NCBI GenBank assembly: GCA_943789005.1 | Contig: CALSSL010000001.1 | Location: forward strand, 512,511-576,510 | Source: an uncultured SAR86 cluster bacterium | GTDB lineage: Bacteria > Pseudomonadota > Gammaproteobacteria > Magnimaribacterales > D2472 | Direction: 5' to 3' | Length of the DNA stretch: 64,000 nt | In this document: one piece after another, positions 25,618-35,651 of the stretch | How the letters are laid out: each line of letters opens with the position of its first letter | How positions within the stretch are numbered: position 1 is the first letter of the stretch | Program-made: the position numbers and the translations under genes | Notes under the pieces: generated by a model | The model's database searches: none | What the model was told of the DNA's origin: nothing | What the model saw: only the letters and a program-made list of their open reading frames with translations

Positions 25618-27509
25618 TTATTTGTTAAGCCCTTAGAAATCATTTCATCAATCTTCTGCTCAACTATAAATAGAGGAGGATTGCCATGATCTAGAACAGC
25701 AGAGTGAAAGTCTTTGATATTAAACTTATCACCAAGAGCATTCATTGCTTTTTCTCTTAACTCTAGAATTTTAATCATACCAACTTTATAGCTAAGAGCT
25801 TGGCCAGGCCAAACGATATATCTTTCTATTTCTACCCTACACTCAGTATCAGACATTCCCGTCTTTGCCTTCATGTAAGCAATAGCTTCTTCTCTTGTCC
25901 ATTTCTTATAATGTATTCCAGTATCTACTACCAATCTAACAGCTCTAAATATTTCACTTTGTAAAATTCCAAGTTCATCGTATGGATCTGGAGCCAGACC
26001 AGCTTCAAGCGCTAATTGCTCAGAATAAAGAGCCCAGCCTTCAGAAAAGGCAGAGGTTCCATAGCCGAACCTTCTGTATAAGGTCAATTCATCATTTTCT
26101 AATGAATGAGCTATTTGATGGTGATGTCCTGGTGTCGCCTCATGATATGCAAGAGTTTTCATACTGTATTTAGGCGTCTGCTTTATATCATAGAGATTCA
26201 CATAAAAAGCACCAGGCCTACTCCCATCCAGTGCTGGGGACTGATACCAACCACCAGGAGCAGTTTTTTCTGAATATTCTGGAGCAGCTATAACAGTTAC
26301 CGGCGATTTTGGCATGGTGTGGAAATATCCTTTTATTCCCTCAGTAGCTTCAGTTACCATGTCCATATAATCTTGAACAACAATTTTTTTTCTATCAGGA
26401 GTATCTGCATAGAGCATCGAAGGGTCTTCGTTTAGCTCGTTCATTAGAGTTCCAGCAGTCTTACTTGCATCATAGCCAAGAGAAACAAGAATCTCCTTCA
26501 TTCTAGATGAAATTCTTGCTACTTCACTAACTCCTAAGTCATGAATCTTTTGAGGGCTATAATCTGTTGTTGTATATGAGCGTATTCGTAATTCATAAAA
26601 CTCATCACCATTTGGCTGAGACCATATACCATGATGAGGATTGGCATTGACTTTTGTTGAGACCATAAAATCCCTGAGCAAAACAAAACCAGGAGTAACA
26701 CTATTTTCTATAGATGATTTTAGACCAGCATCCAGATTAGCTAGCTCATCATCTGAAATGTCTAATAATTTAGCTTTTTTAATAAATTGAGTATAAAGAG
26801 GATGCTCCTCAATAGAATAATTTATTAATTCATTAAGCTGTTTGATTAAATGATCATATACAAACTTTGGCGCATATATCCCTTCAGCAGCCTGCCTTTC
26901 TAACCAACCTAACAGACCAGAATATACATCTATTACAAGGTTTGTTCTTTTGATAAAATCTTTAGCTTCAGAAAGGCTTCTAATAGGATGCATATCACTC
27001 ATAAAGCTAATAAGGTTATGATGCTCACCTCGGACTTGGTTTAATGGATAATCATGATAAGGGAATTCCTCTAATTGCTTTAGGTTATTTTCAGTATCAA
27101 AAATGGCAATCTTCTTAGTAATTTTTTGATTATCAGATAGAGAACTATCTTTATATTTGTTTAATATCTTAAGAGTTTTCTTTGCATCTTTAATATTAGT
27201 CTGAAGGTCATTAGGGTTCAGTATAGAAAGTTTTGAATTATGCCTTGTTATCCAGTTGAATTGATCAAATATTCCTATATAAGTCATAGACTCAGGAGAG
27301 TCAGCAAGACCTGTCAAAAACTCTTTACCTAAGAAGTGATCAATGGAGACTGGCTTCATAAAAAATAAATTTACAAGATAGAGCGAGCTAAGACTCAACC
27401 CAAATATTAATAATATTCCTATAGCTTTAAAAGTTCTTTTGATCATTACCGCCCCTTGATTAGTTAAAATTTCATTCATATCATTATAAGAATATTTGCT
27501 AAACTTCAT
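25614..27509 (-). CDS. DUF885 family protein (metallopeptidase-like)
   Basis: 631 aa with an N-terminal TM anchor. HEATPGHHHQ matches the DUF885 HExxPGHxxQ motif. Confidence 0.8.
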   Translation of the reverse strand: MKFSKYSYNDMNEILTNQGAVMIKRTFKAIGILLIFGLSLSSLYLVNLFFMKPVSIDHFLGKEFLTGLADSPESMTYIGIFDQFNWITRHNSKLSILNPNDLQTNIKDAKKTLKILNKYKDSSLSDNQKITKKIAIFDTENNLKQLEEFPYHDYPLNQVRGEHHNLISFMSDMHPIRSLSEAKDFIKRTNLVIDVYSGLLGWLERQAAEGIYAPKFVYDHLIKQLNELINYSIEEHPLYTQFIKKAKLLDISDDELANLDAGLKSSIENSVTPGFVLLRDFMVSTKVNANPHHGIWSQPNGDEFYELRIRSYTTTDYSPQKIHDLGVSEVARISSRMKEILVSLGYDASKTAGTLMNELNEDPSMLYADTPDRKKIVVQDYMDMVTEATEGIKGYFHTMPKSPVTVIAAPEYSEKTAPGGWYQSPALDGSRPGAFYVNLYDIKQTPKYSMKTLAYHEATPGHHHQIAHSLENDELTLYRRFGYGTSAFSEGWALYSEQLALEAGLAPDPYDELGILQSEIFRAVRLVVDTGIHYKKWTREEAIAYMKAKTGMSDTECRVEIERYIVWPGQALSYKVGMIKILELREKAMNALGDKFNIKDFHSAVLDHGNPPLFIVEQKIDEMISKGLTNN

Positions 27510-27530
27510 ATCTATATAAAGGAATAAATT

Positions 27531-28220
27531 ATGTCAGATAAATTAGCAACTCTAACCAGCAAAGATGATGTCTCGATAATTACTTTGGATGACGGCAAGG
27601 CAAACGTCTTTTCCCCGAAGATGATTAAAGATGTAAATGAATGTTTAGATAAGGTTCCAACAGAAAGGGGTGCTCTAATCATTACCGGAAGAGAGGGTAT
27701 GTTTTCAGCAGGTTTTGATTTAAAAATTATTTCAGCAGGTGATATGCAGGCAACCATGGATATGTCACTAAGCGGATTTAAATTATTATCAAGACTATTT
27801 TCCTTTCCAAGGCCTATATTAGCGGCATGTTCAGGTCATGGAATTGCTCTAGGAACTTTTTTGCTATGTTGTTGTGATTATCGCGTTGGCGTTAAAGGAG
27901 ATTTTATGATCGGTGCCAATGAAATGAGAACAAATATGGTTATACCAATTCCTATCCTAGAGCTTATTAACCATAGAGTGTCTCCTAATCATAAATATAG
28001 AGCAATCTTAGGAGCTGAGATGTATTCAATTGAGAATGGAATAGATGCTGGATTAATAGATGAGGTTGTCGATCCTGAATATCTAATGGAAACGGCAATG
28101 CTAAAAGCAAAAGATTTAGCAACTATGGGGCACCCAAGCTATACACTCACCAAAGAGCTGCTCATTAGGGAGCCGCTTCAAAAGATTAATGATGCAATTA
28201 GTGCAATTGAATCTAGCTAA
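27531..28220 (+). CDS. Enoyl-CoA hydratase/isomerase (crotonase) family protein
   Basis: 229 aa. ITLDDGKANVF...FSAGFDLK fits the crotonase-fold oxyanion region. Confidence 0.8.
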   Translation: MSDKLATLTSKDDVSIITLDDGKANVFSPKMIKDVNECLDKVPTERGALIITGREGMFSAGFDLKIISAGDMQATMDMSLSGFKLLSRLFSFPRPILAACSGHGIALGTFLLCCCDYRVGVKGDFMIGANEMRTNMVIPIPILELINHRVSPNHKYRAILGAEMYSIENGIDAGLIDEVVDPEYLMETAMLKAKDLATMGHPSYTLTKELLIREPLQKINDAISAIESS

Positions 28221-28236
28221 CATTCAGATTTAAATA

Positions 28237-28740
28237 ATGAACTTGGTTCATGAGACAGAGCTATCAGTATTTACAGAAGTTCCAGAGAATAAAGAATTGA
28301 ATGTTTTGTATTCTTTAAATCAACAAAATACCCCAGAGGTTGGCGGACTAGAATCGATTAATGATTTATCAAAGCTAATCAAAATGAGTGCTATTAATTT
28401 CTACGTGCTCATAGGTAATAAAATTATTGGGTTTGTTATCTGCTTCCGAGAGAACTCAGAATATAAATCACCAAACTACAATTATTTTAAAAATAAAGAA
28501 GATAAATTTTTATACATAGACAGAGTAGTTATTAAAGAAAGTTATAGAAGAAGAGGTGCTGGATCTTATCTATATGATCGTTTAGATGAGCTTGCAAAAA
28601 AAGAAGGCATTCCTTTATGTTGTGAAGTTAACATAATGCCTAGGAATGAAATTTCTTTGAGCTTTCACTATAAAAGGGGATTTAAAGATGACGGAGAATG
28701 CCATTTTGAACATCATTCAGTGAGATATCTAAAAAAATAG
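28237..28740 (+). CDS. GNAT family N-acetyltransferase
   Basis: 167 aa. YRRRGAGSYLY fits acetyl-CoA-binding motif A (R/Q-x-x-G-x-G/A). Confidence 0.8.
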   Translation: MNLVHETELSVFTEVPENKELNVLYSLNQQNTPEVGGLESINDLSKLIKMSAINFYVLIGNKIIGFVICFRENSEYKSPNYNYFKNKEDKFLYIDRVVIKESYRRRGAGSYLYDRLDELAKKEGIPLCCEVNIMPRNEISLSFHYKRGFKDDGECHFEHHSVRYLKK

Positions 28741-28945
28741 ACCCCTAAATTGTCTCGAATTAATTCATAGTTCTATAAATCAGTTATTATTATCTCGTGT
28801 TATTAGAAACATCACTTTTCTTTAAAACCATGTTTATTTTATGTGGTCAGCTTTCAATTTGGCTTTTCAAATATACTTAGATATCATTAATTTATTACTT
28901 GAAATACTAGACGCTATGTCTAATTAAAAATAAGGAAAGAAAAAT

Positions 28946-29155
28946 ATGTCTATATACAAATGTAATGAGTGTGGAATGTCGGTTAAAACGTCTTGTGGCG
29001 AATGTGATACACCCCTAGTAGATGGAATACTGGATTTAGATGATGGTAGTCAGGTTAAAATATCACAGTGCCAAGAAGAAGATTGCACAAATTATAATGG
29101 AAAGATTAAGTCTCCACTTTGCTGCGGCAATGATATGCATTGCACTATTGGCTAG
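28946..29155 (+). CDS. Small Cys-rich (zinc-ribbon-like) protein
   Basis: 69 aa with paired CxxC motifs (CNECG...CGECD) and further Cys residues. AAGGAAAG lies upstream. Confidence 0.45.
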   Translation: MSIYKCNECGMSVKTSCGECDTPLVDGILDLDDGSQVKISQCQEEDCTNYNGKIKSPLCCGNDMHCTIG

Positions 29156-29844
29156 AAATTTACTTGGTATCCAATCTTAAAAGTGCTATCAAGCACCTTG
29201 CTTGAAATTAATTCAAGGGTTACCGCACTTCTATTATTTATATTGTATAAAACACCTGCTCCAAATTTTTGATCTGTTTCATCATCGAGTACATATTCAA
29301 TAACAGCAGGACACACTTGACCATCTGGACAGGGTTTTATAATTACATCAGATTCCTTTGAATAGTCTATAAAAATCTTACCTTCCCAGCTATTGCTATC
29401 ACCAAATCTTATTCCAGCAATAAGGTGAGCCTGTGCATCATCTTCAGAAAAAGAATTTGTATCTCCATCTATTGCAACACTTTTAACTCCAAGCTCTCCG
29501 TAAACATCAAAAATATTTTTTATACCAAGGTTTACACCTTTTGCAGAAATGTTACTCAATAAATCACCTATCCCAATTTGGGCTCCAATTCGTGCACCGT
29601 TTATTATACGATCATATGATTCTGTATCTTTATCAACACCCTCAGCCTTTCGTTCAAACACAGCATAAAGTGGTCCAGGCAATACAAAAGAAACCCTAGC
29701 ACCAATACCAGTTTTATCTGTTTGGATTAAATCTATCCCAATAGATGTATATTTGTATTCACTGGGTTCTCTTCCAAGCCTTCCCTCATCTGCAATGGAA
29801 TAAAACGAAAAAATAAGAACCAGAATAAATTTAAAAGATCGCAT
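29152..29844 (-). CDS. Outer-membrane beta-barrel protein
   Basis: 230 aa. Signal peptide MRSFKFILVLIFSFYSIA, alternating amphipathic strands, C-terminal YQVNF. Confidence 0.65.
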   Translation of the reverse strand: MRSFKFILVLIFSFYSIADEGRLGREPSEYKYTSIGIDLIQTDKTGIGARVSFVLPGPLYAVFERKAEGVDKDTESYDRIINGARIGAQIGIGDLLSNISAKGVNLGIKNIFDVYGELGVKSVAIDGDTNSFSEDDAQAHLIAGIRFGDSNSWEGKIFIDYSKESDVIIKPCPDGQVCPAVIEYVLDDETDQKFGAGVLYNINNRSAVTLELISSKVLDSTFKIGYQVNF

Positions 29845-29917
29845 ATATAGATATTAGCAGACTAGATTCATCAAAGGAATATTTAAGATTTAAGACATTT
29901 AAATACTATCTTACAGT

Positions 29918-31708
29918 TTATGTTCTAACTCTTCCTTTTTTTCTGAGGCGGATAGATTCGGGAGTTACTTCAACAAGCTCATCGTCTTCAATAAATTCTA
30001 AAGCTTGCTCAAGAGTATGCTTGATATGAGGAACTAGAATTAGATTTTCATCTGTTCCGGCAGCTCTGATATTTGTTAGCTGTTTTGCTTTAGTTGGATT
30101 TACAGGTAAGTCATTATCTCTTGAATGAAGACCAACTATTTGGCCTATATAAACTTCATTACCATGACCCAGAAATAATTTTCCACGGTTTTGTAGATTA
30201 AACAATGCATAGGCAAGAGTTTTTCCAGCCATCATAGAATACATAACACCATTTGTTCTTTTAGCAATTTCACCAACTTTTACAGGACCATAATGATCGA
30301 AAACGCTTGTCATAATTCCTGTTCCGCTGGTAATGGTCAGAAAATGAGATCTAAAACCAATAATTCCTCTTGAGGGAGCTATAAATTCTAATTTAGCTCT
30401 GCCTTTTCCATCTGATTCCATGCTTTGGAGTTCAGCCTTTCTGGGGCCAAGCTCTTCCATTACTGAGCCTTGATGGATTTCTTCCACGTCAATTACTATT
30501 TGCTCATAAGGCTCATGGATTTCTCCGTTAATCTCCTTTTGTATGACCTTTGGCTTAGATATAGCTAGCTCGAAACCCTCCCTTCGCATTGTTTCTATAA
30601 GCACTGATAAATGAAGTTCGCCTCTGCCTGAAACAACAAATTTATCTGGGCTATCGCCTGGAGCAACCCTTAGAGCAACATTTGATATCAACTCTTTTTC
30701 TAATCTTTCCTTAATATTTCTTGATGTTACAAATTTTCCTTCTCTTCCAGCAAAAGGCGAATCATTAACTTGAAAAGTCATGCTTACTGTGGGCTCATCA
30801 ACAGAAAGGGGTGGCAAAGCTTCAACAGAAGAAGGATCACAAACAGTATCTGAAATATTAAGTTTATCGATACCTGTAATACAGACTATTGATCCTGCAT
30901 CGGCACTTAAAACTTCAACCCTTTCTAAGCCTTCATAACCCATAACCTGAAGAACCTTTCCTTTTCTAGTTTCACCCTCTCTATTAATTACCGTTACTTG
31001 GTCATTTGGCTTTACAGTTCCTTGCTTAATCCTTCCAATACCAATTACCCCAACGTAGCTATTACTATCTAAGGCACTAATTTGCAATCGAAGCGGACCA
31101 TCTTTGTTTACTTCTGGAGCTGGCACTTTATCTAAAATCATTTGCATTAATGGAGTCATATCTGTAGACATTTGATCTACCTCTAGTCCTGATATCCCCT
31201 CTATAGCAGATGCATATATTACCGGAAAATCAAGCTGCTCATCAGTGCCGCCAAGTCTGTCAAAAAGATCAAAGACTTGATCTAAAACCCAATCTGGCCT
31301 TGCATCTGGACGATCAATTTTATTAATTACCACTATTGGCTTAAGACCTTTTTCAAAAGCTTTTTGTGTAACAAATCTTGTTTGAGGCATAGGACCATCA
31401 ACGGCATCTACTAATAGCAACACAGAATCAACCATTGAAAGAGCTCTTTCAACTTCACCGCCAAAATCAGCATGACCCGGAGTATCAACAATATTGATAA
31501 GATGACCATTCCAATTTATAGAAGTATTCTTTGCTGTAATAGTAATTCCTCTCTCTTTTTCTTGATCATTTGAATCCATAATTCTTTCTGAATCCATATT
31601 TTTACGATCTAGCGTTCCTGATTGCTGAAGTAATTTATCAACCAAAGTGGTTTTACCATGATCAACATGGGCAATGATTGCAATATTTCTTAAATTATTA
31701 ATGTCCAT
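29918..31708 (-). CDS. typA: Translational GTPase TypA/BipA
   Basis: 596 aa. NIAIIAHVDHGKTTLVD, DTPGHADF, NKIDR. EF-G-like domain order without domain IV. Confidence 0.97.
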   Translation of the reverse strand: MDINNLRNIAIIAHVDHGKTTLVDKLLQQSGTLDRKNMDSERIMDSNDQEKERGITITAKNTSINWNGHLINIVDTPGHADFGGEVERALSMVDSVLLLVDAVDGPMPQTRFVTQKAFEKGLKPIVVINKIDRPDARPDWVLDQVFDLFDRLGGTDEQLDFPVIYASAIEGISGLEVDQMSTDMTPLMQMILDKVPAPEVNKDGPLRLQISALDSNSYVGVIGIGRIKQGTVKPNDQVTVINREGETRKGKVLQVMGYEGLERVEVLSADAGSIVCITGIDKLNISDTVCDPSSVEALPPLSVDEPTVSMTFQVNDSPFAGREGKFVTSRNIKERLEKELISNVALRVAPGDSPDKFVVSGRGELHLSVLIETMRREGFELAISKPKVIQKEINGEIHEPYEQIVIDVEEIHQGSVMEELGPRKAELQSMESDGKGRAKLEFIAPSRGIIGFRSHFLTITSGTGIMTSVFDHYGPVKVGEIAKRTNGVMYSMMAGKTLAYALFNLQNRGKLFLGHGNEVYIGQIVGLHSRDNDLPVNPTKAKQLTNIRAAGTDENLILVPHIKHTLEQALEFIEDDELVEVTPESIRLRKKGRVRT

Positions 31709-31748
31709 GTTATTAGTGTTTTGAAAAAGTGAGGATTATAATCTTAAA

Positions 31749-33026
31749 ATGAAAAAATTATCGCTTTTCTTTTTTTTGGCACTCTCAATAAATATTCAGT
31801 CAGACCTAAAGGCTGAGTTAAAAAGTCAACTAGACCCATTAATGGGCAAGGTTATTGAGTGGCGGCATGACATTCATCAAAATCCTGAGTTAAGTAATAG
31901 AGAATATAGAACATCAAAGAAAGTTGAAAATCATTTGCGATCTCTTGGAATAAAAGTTGAGACAAAGATTGCATATACTGGAGTTGTTGGCTTAATAGAA
32001 GGTTCTTTGCCAGGGCCAACCATAGCCTTAAGAGCAGATATGGATGCTTTACCAGTTATTGAAAAAACTGGATTACCCTTTGCCTCAAAAGATAAAACAA
32101 AATATTTAGGACAAACAGTAGGGATTATGCATGCCTGTGGACACGACGCACATGTTGCAATTTTAATGGGCGTTGCAGAATTTTTATCAAAAAATAAAGA
32201 TAAGCTAAAAGGTAATGTAATGCTCATATTTCAACCGGCTGAAGAGGGACCACCTGAGGGGGAAAATGGTGGTGCAAAGATGATGCTAGAAGAAGGTATC
32301 TTTGATAGATATAAGCCTGAAGCAATTTTTGGTCTTCACGTTGGCAATGGTCCACATGGTTATATTGGTGTTGCCTCTGGGCCAGCTATGGCCGCAGCCG
32401 GAACTTATAGAATTAAAATTAAGGGTGTTCAGGCACACGGCTCAAGGCCTTGGGACTCCATAGATCCGGTCATGGCTACAGCCGAGCTAATTCAAAATTT
32501 AAACACCATAGTTAGCAGAAGAATAAACATTGTAAATAATCCGGCTGTAATTTCTGTTGGTATAGTTAGAGCGGGAACTAGAGGAAATATTATTCCTGAG
32601 GATTCGGAGGTTCAGGGAACTATTAGAACTTTTGATCCAGATCTTAGAGAAGAAATATATAAAGAAATCAAACAAGTGGCCGCAGGTGTTGCGCTTGGAA
32701 CTGGAACAAAAATTACCGTAGAGTTTGATGTTGGTGGATTCTATCCTGTTACTTTTAATGATAAAGATTTGGTTGAAAGACTTAAGCCATCATTAGTACA
32801 AGCAGCATCAAATAAAGTATATGAAATGACTCCATCAACTGGTGCAGAGGATTTTTCATTTTTCTCAAATGAAATACCGGGAATGTATTTCTGGTTAGGT
32901 GTAAATGCACCTGGCGTAATGGAAGCGCCTGGCAATCATTCACCATATTTTATTGTTGATGATGGCGCCCTCAATGTTGGTCTTAAGGCATTGGTTTATT
33001 TAGTGTTAGACTACCCAAAAAAATAA
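31749..33026 (+). CDS. M20D-family amidohydrolase (N-acyl-amino acid/hippurate hydrolase type), secreted
   Basis: 425 aa with a signal peptide. MHACGHDAH and FQPAEEG are M20D metal-binding motifs. Confidence 0.9.
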   Translation: MKKLSLFFFLALSINIQSDLKAELKSQLDPLMGKVIEWRHDIHQNPELSNREYRTSKKVENHLRSLGIKVETKIAYTGVVGLIEGSLPGPTIALRADMDALPVIEKTGLPFASKDKTKYLGQTVGIMHACGHDAHVAILMGVAEFLSKNKDKLKGNVMLIFQPAEEGPPEGENGGAKMMLEEGIFDRYKPEAIFGLHVGNGPHGYIGVASGPAMAAAGTYRIKIKGVQAHGSRPWDSIDPVMATAELIQNLNTIVSRRINIVNNPAVISVGIVRAGTRGNIIPEDSEVQGTIRTFDPDLREEIYKEIKQVAAGVALGTGTKITVEFDVGGFYPVTFNDKDLVERLKPSLVQAASNKVYEMTPSTGAEDFSFFSNEIPGMYFWLGVNAPGVMEAPGNHSPYFIVDDGALNVGLKALVYLVLDYPKK

Positions 33027-33055
33027 TTTCAAAATTAAAATTTAAGGAGCTATAA

Positions 33056-34021
33056 GTGGCAATCCCAAATCATATTAAAAATAATTTATCTATTCCTGTT
33101 ATAGGATCTCCTCTTTTTTTGGTATCCGGTCCTGAATTAGTAATAGCCCAATGTAAAGCTGGAATCATTGGATCATTTCCAGCTCTAAATGCTAGACCAC
33201 AGCATGTATTGGGCGAATGGATTATTAGAATTAAAACAGAATTAGCTGAATATCAAGCTCAAAATCCAGATAAAAAAGTTGCTCCTTTTGCAGTGAATCA
33301 GATATGTCATGGATCTAACGACAGGCTTATGGATGATATGGCTACATGTGTAGAGCATGAGGTTCCTATAATTATTACTTCTCTAAGACCTCCGGCTGAA
33401 TTAGTTGAGGCAGCACATAGTTATGGTGGGCTGGTCTATCACGATGTAATTAATGTAAGGCATGCAAAAAAAGCTGCAGAACAAGGAGTTGATGGTTTGA
33501 TTTTAGTTTGTGCTGGAGCGGGGGGGCATGCAGGAGCATTATCACCATTTGCATTGCTTAGAGAAGTCAAGGAATGGTTTGATGGGACAGTTATTTTATC
33601 GGGATCTATAGGTGATGGTTATTCTGTAGCATCATCTTTAGCTCTTGGTGCAGACTTTGCATATATGGGCACACGCTTTATAGCTACAAAAGAAGCAAAT
33701 GCAGACCAGAGCTATAAAGAAATGCTAATCAAAAGCGCGGCTGATGATATTGTCTATTCAAATTTATTTACCGGTGTTTCTGGTAATTATTTAAAACCAT
33801 CTATAAGAAATGCTGGTCTCGATCCAGATAATCTACCTGAGGCTGACAAGACTGCTATGAACTTTGGATCAGGTGGAAATACAGATGCAAAAGCATGGAA
33901 AGATATATGGGGTTCTGGACAAGGAATAGGCGGCATTAAAGATGACCCTAGTGTTGAAGAATTAGTTGAAAGGATAATAGAAGAATATAATCAGGCTAAA
34001 AAAGAATTTAATGAAAAATAA
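33056..34021 (+). CDS. Nitronate monooxygenase (NMO/2-nitropropane dioxygenase family)
   Basis: 321 aa. GTG start 7 nt after AAGGAG. GAGGHAG and YMGTRF are NMO motifs. Confidence 0.9.
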   Translation: MAIPNHIKNNLSIPVIGSPLFLVSGPELVIAQCKAGIIGSFPALNARPQHVLGEWIIRIKTELAEYQAQNPDKKVAPFAVNQICHGSNDRLMDDMATCVEHEVPIIITSLRPPAELVEAAHSYGGLVYHDVINVRHAKKAAEQGVDGLILVCAGAGGHAGALSPFALLREVKEWFDGTVILSGSIGDGYSVASSLALGADFAYMGTRFIATKEANADQSYKEMLIKSAADDIVYSNLFTGVSGNYLKPSIRNAGLDPDNLPEADKTAMNFGSGGNTDAKAWKDIWGSGQGIGGIKDDPSVEELVERIIEEYNQAKKEFNEK

Positions 34022-34039
34022 TATTATTCGGAGGAAAAC

Positions 34040-34213
34040 ATGGAGGCAATAATATTAATCCTGATTGGAGCTGTTTCTGGTGCTTCAATTGTTACATTAA
34101 TGAATATATCCAAGAAAGGTAAAGAAGGAGCAAAGGGCATTACTGAAGAGTATACAACCGAGTCTGGGATTAGAAGAACAGCAAAAAAAGACAGAGAAGA
34201 TCATATAGTTTAA
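34040..34213 (+). CDS. Possible 57-aa membrane-anchored peptide (not in the ORF track)
   Basis: GGAGGA lies 4 nt upstream of ATG 34040. It reads MEAIILILIGAVSGASIVTLMNISKKGKEG... and stops at TAA 34211-34213. Confidence 0.35.
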   Translation: MEAIILILIGAVSGASIVTLMNISKKGKEGAKGITEEYTTESGIRRTAKKDREDHIV

Positions 34214-34219
34214 GAATTC

Positions 34220-34414
34220 ATGGCTAAACGAAATCTAAGAGAAAAATTTGAAGATGGGTGGAATAAACTATTTGGTAAAGAGGAAGACAAAGGTAAATTA
34301 AGAACTCAAAGTCTATATAGAGCACAACAAAAGAATATTAGCCTAAATGCAGGCACCCCTCATGACTGGGAAGACTTAAAAAAATATCAAGAAGAAGAAA
34401 ACAAAAATGAATAA
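34220..34414 (+). CDS. Small hydrophilic hypothetical protein
   Basis: 64-aa charged ORF overlapping the next gene by 8 nt. Confidence 0.35.
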   Translation: MAKRNLREKFEDGWNKLFGKEEDKGKLRTQSLYRAQQKNISLNAGTPHDWEDLKKYQEEENKNE

Positions 34415-35276
34415 AATTGGTTTTGTTGGCCTTGGAGTTATGGGAGCCCCAATGGCAGGGCATCTTTCTAAAAAGAATTTCCAAGTTTCAGTATTTAATA
34501 GAAGCCAAGAAAAATCTATTATCTGGAAATCAAAATATAAGGGCAAAATGTGTGAGTCCCTTTCTGATATAGCAACTTCTTCAGAAGTTATAATTCTTTG
34601 CGTTAGAAATGATAAAGACGTTAAAGATGTTATTAATGGAAAATCAGGAATTATAGGCTTGCTAAAACCAGGATCAATCATTATTGATCACACCACAACA
34701 TCGGCAGAACTTGCAAAAGAAATGAATAAGGCGCTTTTGTCTAAAGACTGTTATTTTATAGATGCACCAATTTCTGGAGGTCAGTCAGGAGCCGAGTCTG
34801 GAACTCTCTCCATTATGGCTGGTGGAAATCAAAAAGCATATGATGCTTCTAAAGCAATTTTTGAAGCTTATTCAAAATTTTATAAGTTCATGGGCCCATC
34901 AGGATCTGGCCAGTTAACTAAAATGGTTAATCAGATTTGTATAGCTGGATTAATTCAAGCCTTAGCAGAAGGGATAAATTTTTCTAAAAAAGCTGGATTA
35001 AACACAGCTGATGTAATGGAGGTTATTACTAAGGGTGCTGCGCAATCATGGCAAATGGACAATAGATGGAAGACCATGCTAAATGATGAATATGATTTTG
35101 GTTTTGCTGTTGATTTGATGAGAAAAGATTTAGATATAGTGTTAGATCAAGCCAAAATAATTAATGCAGATCTTGAAATAACAGACTTAATAAATAATTT
35201 TTACAAAGAGATACAGAGTTTAGGGGGAGGTAGATGGGATACCTCCAGTCTTCTAAAAAGGGTACAAAAAAAGTAA
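34407..35276 (+). CDS. NAD(P)-dependent beta-hydroxyacid dehydrogenase (3-hydroxyisobutyrate dehydrogenase family)
   Basis: 289 aa. IGFVGLGVMGAPMA Rossmann motif and DAPISGG motif. Confidence 0.9.
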   Translation: MNKIGFVGLGVMGAPMAGHLSKKNFQVSVFNRSQEKSIIWKSKYKGKMCESLSDIATSSEVIILCVRNDKDVKDVINGKSGIIGLLKPGSIIIDHTTTSAELAKEMNKALLSKDCYFIDAPISGGQSGAESGTLSIMAGGNQKAYDASKAIFEAYSKFYKFMGPSGSGQLTKMVNQICIAGLIQALAEGINFSKKAGLNTADVMEVITKGAAQSWQMDNRWKTMLNDEYDFGFAVDLMRKDLDIVLDQAKIINADLEITDLINNFYKEIQSLGGGRWDTSSLLKRVQKK

Positions 35277-35277
35277 A

Positions 35278-35508
35278 TTAGAAAATTATTCTAGAAAATA
35301 AAGCCATACCTGCATAAATTAAAAACGTAATCACAACAACATTTTCTAAAAGATTAGAATCTAAATTAATAGACTCTTCTGCCATTTCATAAAAACTATC
35401 AGGGTTTCCAATAAGCCAGGCTATGCCAATTAGGTGCATAAACATTAATATAGCAACTATCCAGTTGAGTGGCTGATTTGTAAAAACAATCAATGAAGTT
35501 ATTATCAA
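35278..35508 (-). CDS. Small membrane protein, probably the 3' part of a 5'-truncated gene
   Basis: The frame stays open and TM-like (DYFFSFLYIFSAFAYFYANKSGYSLL...) for 49 more codons up to 35655. This stretch has no ATG, GTG or TTG and ends inside the stop region of the methyltransferase gene. Confidence 0.4.
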   Translation of the reverse strand: MIITSLIVFTNQPLNWIVAILMFMHLIGIAWLIGNPDSFYEMAEESINLDSNLLENVVVITFLIYAGMALFSRIIF

Positions 35509-35651
35509 AAAAACTATTTCAGTTAATAGATAAATATTAATATTTTCTCTTTTCCAAATGTATCTTAGGAGACTGTATCCAGATTTATTGGCATAAAAAT
35601 ATGCAAATGCAGAAAAAATATATAAAAAGCTAAAAAAGTAATCATTTATTT

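Noticed and set aside
28741-28945. The 205-bp AT-rich gap before the Cys-rich small ORF was examined for a riboswitch, an sRNA or hidden ORFs.
   Set aside because: Only very short ORFs (16 codons or fewer) are present. I could recognise no conserved riboswitch core and no convincing stem-loop/terminator pair by eye.
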